DNA of 64,000 nucleotides from Thalia democratica (lineage: Eukaryota): the NCBI GenBank assembly GCA_965202585.1, contig OZ241827.1:36518001-36582000 (forward strand), written 5' to 3'. Positions 11,301-21,154 of this stretch are shown piece after piece. The notes under the pieces are model-generated. The model made no database searches, was not told the origin of the DNA, and saw only the letters and a program-made list of their open reading frames with translations. How positions within the stretch are numbered: the stretch's first letter is position 1; each line of letters begins with the position of its first letter. A program made the position numbers and the translations under genes.

Positions 11301-14300
11301 TCATTCCGTGCTAAAGTGTCAATCTGTGCTGAAGTGACGCCTGTGCTTTTCTGATCCGTTCCCTATTAAAAAGTGTAGAAATCTTGGTATTTTTAGTAAT
11401 CATTTAATTATTTTTAGCGTTTAAAATGATTTTATTTTAATAAAAAGTACTCTTGAAATTCTTATTAAAGTAAGTTAGACGTTATATTTTTAAATTTCTT
11501 ATTAAACTTGTGTAAAGTTTACTTTAACTAAATACTACTTTTTTGTTTTATCAAAATGTTAATTGCAGTTGTTTAACTTAAAAACTTATGTATTATTGTA
11601 CAAATTTAGAATAGTTTATACTGTAAAATACAAAACTTGTATCTTAGCTGTCTTAATTTAAAGTAAACAACTGACACAATATTACAAATTAACCGAGTTA
11701 TATTTCTTACAAAACTTTAGTTTTAAAACTTTTTTATGAATAGAATAAGAAGTATAAAAACATTTTAGGCCGAAAGCAAATTTATTCTGGATATGCATTC
11801 AACATACTTGGTTATATTGTAGAAAGACATACGGAAGTAAATTTTAGTGACACAGTGTGTAAAGAAATGTGCCGTCTTAATCTTAACAACACAATGGGCC
11901 ACTACTTTGATAATGTTCCCTTCAAAACTATGAAGTTTATATTTTCAGTAAAACTTATTTTATTTTTTAAAACTTAAAAGAATAGTATAAATAGCTTTGT
12001 TATAAGAATTAGTAGTTTTAATAAATCTTGAAATTTTGTAGTTGGTTCTACTTGAAAAACTTAATTTAAAGACTTCATCACTTTTTAGTTTACAGTTTTG
12101 AATATATGAAGCGTAACTAATAAATGCTATATTTAGCGATTGAACTATAGTGTAACAAAAACTAAACTATTGTACCTTTATAATTTTTTTTTATATAAAA
12201 AATAACAGACTTTAAATAAATTTAAATGCAGTTTTCAAACTTAGTCATCAGTCTCAACTAAATTTATAAATAATAAACGTTTTAACTTTAAAAACTATAA
12301 AAGTTGTAAAATCTTATATCTTAAAATGATAGATAGTTTAAGCTATAAATAGATTTTATTTGTCTCTCTGTTCTTGAAAGTATTGAAAAGAAAGTATTGA
12401 AATTAGGAAAAAAAATCCGTACTGAAGAAACTGTATTACTGTTTCATAAATTCAATAACAAATTGATTCTTAACAATAAAATAATTTTAGCAACTACTAC
12501 ATGCTAGATGATACCACAACCTGTAATAAAAAAAAAACTGTAAACGGAAATTTTTTTGACTACACTTACAATATGCCCTCTAGGGGAGTGATGTCTACAG
12601 TTGGAGATCTTGCTAAATTTGCAGATATGTACATGAGAGCAAAACAGGTTTTTAAATAAAAATAACGAATCATATCAGTTTAAAGCTTTTTAAATTATTT
12701 CAAACAGTTAATAGTAATAAATAGATAAAACTTAAATATAATTTTATTATTGAATGTTTTGGTTTAAAGAATTCAAATAAAGATTCTTTCTATTTGAATA
12801 AGATTTATTTTAGCACTGACAAGGTCTTTGACCGAAACTTATTTTGTAAAATAAATTTTTGAAAGAGTAAACTCATAATTTTATTATAGGGAGTAGCAGA
12901 TTCTGTTGGCCCAATACCTACGAAGTGGGTGAGTAAAAATTTGTTTTTTATGATTGAAAACGTTTTTACTGTAAAAAAAAAAGAAATACATGCCTAAATT
13001 TAAGTCCTTAAACTTTAATACTGTTCCAATAGATGCTTTTAAAAGTATTGAACTATAATATATGCGTAATATTAAGATTTTTTTTAAAGCATAATTAATA
13101 ATCTTTAACTTTGTCTAACATGTAAGGTATATAAATTTGCTTTGATACCAATGTTGTATTATGATGTTTAAAAAAGTATTTTTTACTAGAAAAATTATAA
13201 CTAGCTAAAAATTATTTATTCAGACAAACAACTTTGTTCTTGAGTTTAACCGTTGAGACTTAGAAATATGTAATATTTTTAAATTGTAAGTATATCGAAA
13301 AATTAATTAAGTGTTAGCATATAGTATCGTGTAAGTAGAAACAAATGTTTTTATAACAAAATCAACTTTCATAAATCAGCATCTTGTAAAATTTCTTTTT
13401 TTTTGGTCATTAAGACATTTTTAACTAAAAGCTTTTTTAAATTTTTATTATTCTCTCTATTATAACTTCGGATCATCATGTATATTCAATCTTGTGAAAT
13501 ATGTACTAAGATATTTAAAACATATATATAGTTGTTTTTATACTGTTTTATTTTTTATGAAATACTAGGTTAGACGAATGATGAGTAGAAGGGCAGGAAA
13601 AATGAGTGACTCAAGTGAAGCTATAGGACTAGGATGGTTTATTAAGTCACGAAAAACATTTGTAAGTACCTTTTTACTTGACTGTCATTTAAGTAACAGT
13701 TTAATATTGAATTTTCTAGCATTATCTTTTATTGCTAAAATAGGTTTGATTTTCTAAAACTTAGTAACTCGTAGAACTTTATTTAAATTACTTTAACTCG
13801 TATCCTTTTTTTTTTTGGGTACAAATTTAGTTAGAAAATATTTGAACAACTTTTTTCCGGTGCATAACTTATTTAAAAAATATAACAAAATACATTTAAT
13901 TTTCTTTTTAAATCTATTTGAATACTTTGGAAGTAAGTCTTGCCAAAGTTGTATCTTACTAAATTAAACTAAACTGAAATTGAGATGAAATTATATTGTA
14001 GTTTAAAGTTTCAAAATATAAAATGACGTAATAATCAAGTGTAAAAGTTAACTAAATGCCTATACAGATTTATATTTGAGGTTCTAAATTAAACAAAATT
14101 GTTCTCAACTTATTTGAAAATAAGGAGACAAATATACAACATTAATTAATCAAAATTTTATTTGTAAAACTCAGTTTCACCCTTTTTGGGATCTTCAGTT
14201 ACAATTTAAATCAGAAAAATAAAAGTGAAACAAAACATGGAAGATACTAAAAAGCAAAACAAAACAAGTAAATTAGAATTAGTAACTTATGGTATTTAGA

Positions 14301-17300
14301 AAGTTTCGAGTCTTAAACATGAAAATTGTATGTACTAGAATTACTTAATAAATTGAAAACTTTAACTTAGGTATTCAACATAAAACTAGTAAATTTTAAA
14401 ATAGAATCAGCTTTTAGTGAATAAATAAACTAAATGACTTACATATTATCATGAACAAAGGGATTTGAATTAAATTTTTAACTTGATTAACTACTAGCTA
14501 GCTGGAGTTAAATTGAACTAATTTAAAATTGTACTGAAAGTTTTTGAATAAAATCGCTTCTATTATTATGACGTAACTAATGTATACTTTGAAGTAAGTT
14601 AATGTTATAATTTAGTTTTTACAGTTTAAAGCTGGAGTTTTTTTTTAATTATTTAAGTAGGACTAAAAACGTTTTGTACCAATAAATTAAAACAAATTTA
14701 AGTAAATAAAATGACATGCAAAACTAATTATCAAGCGCTTAAGTCTTAAAGTGAAGATTTTTTAAGTGTGGACAATTAGCAAACAGTTCGTGTCTTTGTT
14801 TTAAACTCCTTATTTTACTGGCTCTGGCTATTTCTAGTTTTTCTAGGCTGCATATGCTGTGGATTTTTCTTATCTCCCCGATGTGGTGGATGATACTCCA
14901 TTTGATGTTATATTTAATATTGTTGTTTTTTAAAAACCAGATGTATTTAGCTAGTTCGGTGGTGTTTTCTTCGTAGGTGTTAAAACTGTGGTTATGATTG
15001 TACCATCTGCTATTAAAAGTATTAGCAGTGCTCCCAATGTATTCTTTTGTTTCCTTGTTTGATATTACGGTGGCTTTATAAGCAACATTTTTTATAAAAT
15101 CCCTTAAAGGGTTAAACTGAGTTTTACAAATAAAATTTTGATTAATTAATGTTGTATATTTGCTCCTTATTTTCAAATAAGTTGAGAACTATTTTGGTTT
15201 AATTTAGAACCTCAAATATAAATCTATACTGCTCTTCAACCATTGAATCGAGCACTTTCATAAAGAGAAGAACACCAAACAAACCATGGAAAATATTAAG
15301 AAAGTAGACTTCAACTATAGTTTGAAAGATATACCAATTGCAAATAAAAAAGAATACCTCATTAAACTTTATGATGCTACTTCGAGATTCGTCAACCGAT
15401 TAAGGTGGAAATTATTTTTTTACAACAGCGAAGACATTAGCCCACACGAGTTTAAAGAAGAAGATGTTTTCAAAAGCAGCAGATCAGCACCATCGTGTGA
15501 TGATCTTAAAGCGTTTGAAAATGATCTATTCGATATCATTATAAATATCAAATTCACCTCGTATAAGTCAAATTTTCAGAATAAACTAAAACAAGACCTA
15601 AAGAAACTACTAATCAAAAGCAAAGTAATACTTTTCGCCGACAAAACAATAAGTTTATATTAGACAAGCCAAAAACTTTATAACAAACTAATAACCGACA
15701 ACTTAACTAAAACATACAAAATTTCTAATACAGACTTAATCAACTAAATAAACCTAGAATCTGAACAAATTATATGTGAGAGAAAATACAAAAACAAAAA
15801 AATACCTAAATTTTCAGCTGCAGATGCATTCATTACTATAAAGGATCACAGGAAAAACTTTTCTTTTAACATCGAATGTAGAATCCTCAACCCCGGAAAA
15901 AACGAACTCGGTAGAATTAGTAAAACCATTTTAGAAAAAAACAGTAAATGAAATAAGATACAAATGTTCTCTAATACAATGAAAGAATTCTCACGATGTT
16001 ATATCATGGTTTAATAATATAAAAAATAAAAATACTTTGTTAATTTTGACATAGTTAGATTTTACCCAAGTATAAAAGAAGAGCACTTGATGAAAGCCAT
16101 AAGCTTTACAAGAGCATACACTAATATAGAAGATAAAGATATAATTTTAATCAAACACACATGTAAAACAATTCTAACATTTAACAACAAAACATGGATA
16201 AAAAAAGACGGCAACACATTAATTGATGTACCAATGGGATCATTTTTTGGCGCAGAGATCTGTGACCTTAAAGGCCTTTACGCCCTAAACCACCTTAAAT
16301 CCCTCTATAAAAATTATGAAATCGGTTTATAGAGAGACGACGGCCTTGCTATCATCGAGCGAAAAAGTAAACAAACTTTAGAAAATACCAAAAAGAAAAC
16401 AATCGAGCTATTTAAGGAAGTCAGATTCAAAATAACTATTGATATAGGCGCAACCGCATGCAACTTTCTAGATACAACTCTTAACCTCACTGACGACGAA
16501 AAACCATGCCGTTAAATATATCAACAAAAAATCAAACCACCCAATAATTATTAAAAAAACCTCCCAGAAATGATCGAAAAAAGAATTAAGAAACTCTCAA
16601 AAAAAAAAAAAATATTTAAAAACTCTGTACACAGTGTGTAGAGATTCGACATATCCAAACAAACAGAGGCGATTCGAACAGAAGCAACTCGAGCAAGGAC
16701 AACTCAAGTAAGGGCAAATCGAGCACCGGCAACTCGATTTTTTTTCTGCACCACCTTGGAAAAATACCACGCGACGCCACTAGTACACATATACCAAAAT
16801 GCTCTAAATGATTCAAATTTTAAACACATATTAAAATACTCAGAAAATAAAATCCCTCAAACTAAAAAGAAAAGAAACCGACCAAGAAAAATCATATACT
16901 TCAACCCACCCTTCTGCCAATCCGTTAAAACAAATTTAGGGAAAGTATTCTTTCAACTCATCGATAAACATTTTTAAAAGAATGAAGTACTCAACAAAAT
17001 TATAAACAGAAATAATTGCAAAAGTTCATACAGCTGTATGAATAATATCAAAGTTATAATACAAAAACATAATAAAAAAACCATAAATAATATTTCCAAT
17101 AAAGAAAAAAAACGAAATCAATATCACCCCTACTTGTAACTGCCGATCTAAAAACTCGGAATTTACAAAGATGTTTCTCCCACCCAAGAAAAAGGTAACA
17201 TCACCTATAAATTTAGTTGTCACTGTGGTAGTGACTACATGGGAAAAACATCTCAAAGGTTTCACGTAAGAATCGATCAGATCAGAAAAGATCACTTTCA

Positions 17301-18488
17301 GAAAATCCTGAAAAGCTTGTTTGATGGTCGTTCGGAGAAACCTACGAAAAAATACTTCTCGGCGATTGGGCAACATTTTTTTGACAATCATAAATGTGCT
17401 TTTCAGTTTTAGTGAGAGCGGAGAACTCTTTTCAGCTACATATTCTAGAAGCCTTATACATTCAATCTTTAAAACCCAGTTTATGTAAGCAGAAAGGGTC
17501 GTATACCAAACTAGACTTTTTAAATCCTTATATTAAGTAATTTTAGAGTAATTGGTTTCGCGTAAATTTATTTATTTTTTAAAGTGTAGTTTTATTTTCA
17601 TTTGTTATCGCTGATTTATTTTAGTTTGATTTTAATCTAACAAGTTTTATTAATACAGCAAAGTTCTTTAGTTTAAGCATTTAGTTAACTATTATAATTG
17701 ATTATTACGTCTTTTTATAACTTGAAACTTTAAACTACAACATAATTTCATCTCAATTTCAATTCAGTTTAATTTAGCAAGGTACAATTTTTGACAAGAC
17801 TTACATCGAAAGTACTCAAATAAATTTAAAAAAAACATAAATATAATTAAACTTTTTTTCTATTGATCAAAAAAAGTTTTTTTTTATATATAAATTTACA
17901 TTGTATCTGTGTAAAAATTATATCTTAAAAAATAATTGTTTTGAAAAGTTTAAGCTTAAATAACTTCTTAAACTTAAACTAACTCATTTTTTAGTACTAT
18001 AATTTTCTATTATTTTTTTACTATTTTTTAAGGTTATATTACTTAAACACTAAACAATTTTGTAGTAAAAATAAGCTAATTTTTGACAATAATTTTACCA
18101 GAAACATACAAAAGATGGGCTTCCATTTTATTACAACACGTACTACCATAAAGGTATTGGTAACTCTTCTTCTTGTTATCTTTCTACTAGTGAACTAAGC
18201 ACAACAAACTTTGCTGCTTCGCAAAAAGAAAACGAAGAGATCGCAAAACAAGCAGTAGCCTGTAAATTATCCTCTGAAAAAGGAACCGATGAAAGTAAAA
18301 TTAAGCAGAAATTAACACTTTCAAACACTGCTTTTACTAAAGGTGTAACAAATAAAAATAGTTTGACTAGTGCCGAAAAGAAAAAACTAAACTCTGTGAC
18401 AGTAGCTATTCTTTTAAATGATGGAGAAAAAGACTTGCAGAACTTAGGAGAAGAAGTAGCTGATGTATTCAACAATGATCTTAATTGA
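5216..18488 (+). CDS. LACTB-like serine beta-lactamase/PBP-fold protein, 9 exons, 498 aa, catalytic Ser replaced by Asp
   Basis: Exons 5216-5338, 5557-5680, 5757-5995, 7236-7404, 11769-11934, 12491-12647, 12890-12928, 13569-13661, 18102-18488 are all GT-AG, phase-consistent and sum to 1497 nt. LACTB-like motifs: AFGFMDLEN, AHMSGVRHY, DRLVAYPG, YSGYAF, GVMSTVGDLAKF, GLGW, HKG, VTVAILLN. Confidence 0.85.
5557..5680 (+). CDS. LACTB-like exon 2 (KQCKEATR...PACSVAVTFKGETVYKR)
   Basis: tttttag acceptor, G|gtataa donor; resembles LACTB PGIVVGVSVDGKEVW. Confidence 0.75.
5757..5995 (+). CDS. LACTB-like exon 3 (AFGFMDLEN...ISDVTKLIT...NWEK)
   Basis: Lies within ORF 5744-6004; tttcaaag acceptor, AAG|gttgtc donor. 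Confidence 0.85.
6242..6536. mobile_element. hAT/Charlie-like MITE in LACTB-like intron 3
   Basis: CAGGAGTC...GACTCCTG termini and cggcccgc subterminal motifs. Confidence 0.55.
7236..7404 (+). CDS. LACTB-like exon 4 (FVKG...MAHMSGVRHY...DRLVAYP)
   Basis: ttctaacag acceptor, G|gttagc donor; SHxSGxRHY-type motif. Confidence 0.85.
10453..11363. mobile_element. MITE with inverted subterminal arrays of ~17-bp repeats (cactttagcacrg) in LACTB-like intron 4
   Basis: Array 10471-10593 and inverted array 11242-11348; right end ccgttccc shared with elements ending at 37020 and 44285. Confidence 0.7.
11769..11934 (+). CDS. LACTB-like exon 5 (GRKQIYSGYAFNILGYIVE...)
   Basis: cattttag acceptor, AA|gtttat donor; YS-x motif of the second catalytic element. 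Confidence 0.85.
12491..12647 (+). CDS. LACTB-like exon 6 (...YNMPSRGVMSTVGDLAKFAD...)
   Basis: attttag acceptor, CAG|gttttt donor; STVGDL motif. Confidence 0.85.
12890..12928 (+). CDS. LACTB-like exon 7 (GVADSVGPIPTKW)
   Basis: ttattatag acceptor, TGG|gtgagt donor, 39 nt, phase 0-0. Confidence 0.7.
13569..13661 (+). CDS. LACTB-like exon 8 (VRRMMSRR...AIGLGWFIKSRKTF)
   Basis: aatactag acceptor, TTT|gtaagt donor; GLGW motif. Confidence 0.8.
14162..14204 (-). ncRNA. Minimal type I hammerhead ribozyme in the PLE pseudo-LTR
   Basis: Minus strand reads ttgtaa-CTGAAGA-tccc aaaaa gggt-GAAA-ctga-GTT-ttacaa; 6-bp stem I. Confidence 0.65.
16633..16782. mobile_element. 150-bp hAT-like insertion in the PLE ORF with 15-bp tandem repeats
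   Basis: Interrupts KNSVH|IYQNAL; GTACAC duplicated at 16627-16632 and 16783-16788; end ataccacgcgacgccacta matches 22818-22836. Confidence 0.65.
17157..17845 (+). mobile_element. Penelope/Poseidon-type (lineage B) GIY-YIG 3' fragment plus 3' repeat
   Basis: GIYKDVSPTQEKGNITYKFSCHCGSDYMGKTSQR...SAIGQH...EALYIQSLKPSLCKQK; 17677-17845 recurs inverted at about 13890-14059. Confidence 0.75.
18102..18488 (+). CDS. LACTB-like terminal exon (KHTK...YYHKGIGNSSSCYL...VTVAILLND...FNNDLN*)
   Basis: ttttaccag acceptor, 129 codons to TGA, AATAAA at about 18504; HxG third motif. Confidence 0.85.
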   Translation, partial: KHTKDGLPFYYNTYYHKGIGNSSSCYLSTSELSTTNFAASQKENEEIAKQAVACKLSSEKGTDESKIKQKLTLSNTAFTKGVTNKNSLTSAEKKKLNSVTVAILLNDGEKDLQNLGEEVADVFNNDLN

Positions 18489-18666
18489 ACATAATTTAAC
18501 AAAAATAAAACTATGACTGCTGACTTCTAAAACTAATTCAGTATATAGTGGCTTATAAAGCATTATACAAAAAAAATGTTTGATAAAAGTGCGGAAATTC
18601 TTACATCATAATGGTTTTTTTTGTTTATATTTCTTTTTATATTAATTATAAGTAGTTTTTGACAGT

Positions 18667-19573
18667 AAGCTGAAGTTTCGCAGATATTCTAAATCAGATA
18701 TTTGCATTTTTGAACAGATATTCGCTATAAACAAGTTTTCGTAAAAAATTAATGGAGCTTACAGTTCTTATTCAATTTAGACAAAAAAAATCTTAAACGA
18801 TTTGTCTTGCTTTTTAGATATTACATTTTTGGTTTAGATTGAAAAAATTTATAAAAATAATACTTTTTTTGACCTCAAAGTTCAACTAACTTTTTGCTTG
18901 TTTGTTCTATATAAAACAACTAAGTTTCGTAAAAAATTAATGGAGCTTACATTTATTATCAAACTTAGACAAAAAACATCTTAAACGATTCGTCTTGCTT
19001 TGTAGATATTACATTTTTCAATCTAAACCAAAAATGTAATATCTAAAAAGCTAGACAAATTGTTTAAGATGTTTTTTGTCTAAAATGAATAAGAACTGTA
19101 AGCTCCATTAAGTTTTTACGAAACTTAGTTGTTTTATATAAAATAAACAAGCAAAAAATTAGTTGAAGTTTGAGGTCAAAAACAATATTTTTTTTTATGA
19201 ATTTTTTTAATCTAAACCAAAAATAAAATAAATACAAAGCAAGACGAATCGTTTAAGATGTTTTTTGTCTAAGTTTGATAAGAATTGTAAGCTCCATAAA
19301 TTTTTTTACGAAACTTAGTTGTTTTATATAGAATAAACAAGCAAAAAGTTAGTTGAACTTTGAGGTCAAAAAAAATTTTTTTTTTAATGATTTTATTCAA
19401 TCTAAACCAAAAATGTAATATCTACAAAGCAAGACGAATCGTTTAAGATGTTTTTTTGTCTAAATTGAATAAGAACTGTAAGCTCCATTATTTTTTTACG
19501 AAAACTTGTTTATAGCGAATATCTGTTCAAAAATGCGAATATCTGATTTTGTTTATCTGCGAAACTTCAGCCT
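18667..19573. mobile_element. Fold-back element built from ~190-bp tandem subunits in inverted arms
   Basis: Termini gctgaagtttcgcagata / tatctgcgaaacttcagc; gtaagctccat recurs at about 19099, 19288, 19479 and inverted at about 18753, 18941. Confidence 0.85.
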
Positions 19574-20702
19574 CCAGTTTTCGACACATAGTTAAATACT
19601 TCTTTTTAAAAAAGAAAACAAAAGTGCATTAAAATTCCTTTTAAAGTATCTCGTAAAATATAAACATAAATAAACACAAAACGCTAGTTTCTGTAGCTTC
19701 TTATAATTAACTTATCAAAAAAAATTTTTTGTGTTTTATAAAAAAAAATTCGCTAGTGTTTGTAATTAAAAACAGCTAGAATAAATGTTAATTAATCAAA
19801 ATATAAATTTAAGTGTTTGCTAACAAAAGATCCTAGTGAAACAGGTTCACTGAAATATATAATAAAAACAAATTGTACAGTATCTTCTTTTATTGTACCG
19901 ACATATGTATCTGTGTGTTAACGAATTAATACTCTTCAACCGGGTTCTGTAAAAATTAAATACTGTGTAACGTATCGACCTGTATTAAAAAACAGGTTTA
20001 TATTTAACTTTAAAGTGTGGCAAACTAGATTAATAATTATTGTGTTTTAACAACTTGAAAATATTTAGTAAATGCTAATTATCAAGTTTTTATAATAAAA
20101 AAAGAACTTTATCTATAAAAGTTAGTCAATGAAGCTTTAAAAATAAATCCTATTGGCCCTATAGTATAGGGTTTTTCCAAATAACACGACAGCCTGAACT
20201 ATCTAAAAATAAATAAAGTTGTCGATTGTTTTTTGATATTTTATAACTATTTTCAATCTTTATAAATCTATGAAATTCAATTGTACATGTTTATCCCCTA
20301 ATTGTCCGCAAACAACATTAATCTTTAAAGGATTGCTATGGTAAACAGAAATAAAAATGTATAAATACTCTTTTTTAGTAAACTTACGGAACTTTTAATT
20401 GTTAGTTTTTTAACTATGTTAAAAATACAAAAAGTTTTAATGCAAATGTTTTTTTTCTAATAAGCTTTCTATTGTTAAAAACATCAAAATTCTATTTATG
20501 CTTAAACCGTTAAAATCGCCTTAAATCGCCTTGCAACATTATTTTATTTTAGGAAATATTTTTAAGATGAATCATTTATTAAAATTTAAACCTGGTTACA
20601 AAAGTTTAGTATTTCATCATAATACTAACTCTTATTATATACGTTTTTAGGAAAACTCGTAGATATTTCAATTTACATAATTTTTTTTTTTGCTTAACTT
20701 TA

Positions 20703-20747
20703 TTTATATTACGCCTTTTCACTGCAAAGCAGCTCTTCAGACACAAA
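20703..20747 (-). ncRNA. Candidate minimal hammerhead ribozyme (solo)
   Basis: Minus strand reads tttgtgt-CTGAAGA-gctgc ttt gcagt-GAAA-aggc-GTA-atataaa; intact core, stem III mispaired. Confidence 0.5.
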
Positions 20748-20856
20748 AAAGCTGAAAATAAAATTACAGAGCGTTGAAGTAAAATAAAAACAGAAGTAAA
20801 AACATAAATTCAAATATATTTCAATTTAGATAAATTTAATAAATTATAATATAAAC

Positions 20857-21154
20857 CAGTGGTCTTCAGGTGTGCACACTAGTGTGTATAGAAAATATTT
20901 TACTGTACCCAGAAAATTTTGTAAGGTGAAAAATATTTTTCAAGTGAAATTTGTTTCATCTTTTTATATTATCTTGAAAGCCATTTATAGCATATATTAA
21001 TAATTTTTAAAACGCTAATTATATACTTAGACTTTGATAAGTAAAAATAATAATTTCCTTAACAATTATTTTAGTTTTTCAAATTCCAGTGTATACAGAA
21101 TTTGTTTTCCAGTAATTGGTGTGCACAGTTTTAAAACGACTGAAGACCACTATG
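20857..21154. mobile_element. hAT-like MITE
   Basis: cagtggtcttcag...ctgaagaccact termini; near-TSD atataaac/atctaaac. Confidence 0.6.

Larger units (their letters stand above)
14063..17158. mobile_element. Penelope-like retroelement, lineage A (RT + CxC + C-terminal GIY-YIG), degenerate and internally inverted
   Basis: + strand 15286-17158: RLRWKLFF, KDHR, FDIVRFYPSI, PMGSFFGAEICDL, L*RDDG, NFLD, YFNPPF, CNCR; - strand 15110-14739: YKA..YIGST..RWYNH..CSLEK..CPH; pLTR copies 14063-14190 and 15100-15228. Confidence 0.9.

Noticed and set aside
12221-12260. Minus-strand CTGATGA...GAAA
   Set aside because: No stem II or stem I pairing, so not a hammerhead
5216-18488. Bacterial beta-lactamase acquired by recent horizontal transfer or contamination
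   Set aside because: Eight spliceosomal introns, host-like AT content, and motifs closest to metazoan LACTB
18176-18502. 108-aa minus-strand ORF, and similarly 5437-5733, 5740-5937, 17026-17391, 45214-45474, 57062-57310
   Set aside because: Shadow ORFs antisense to real exons or retroelement ORFs
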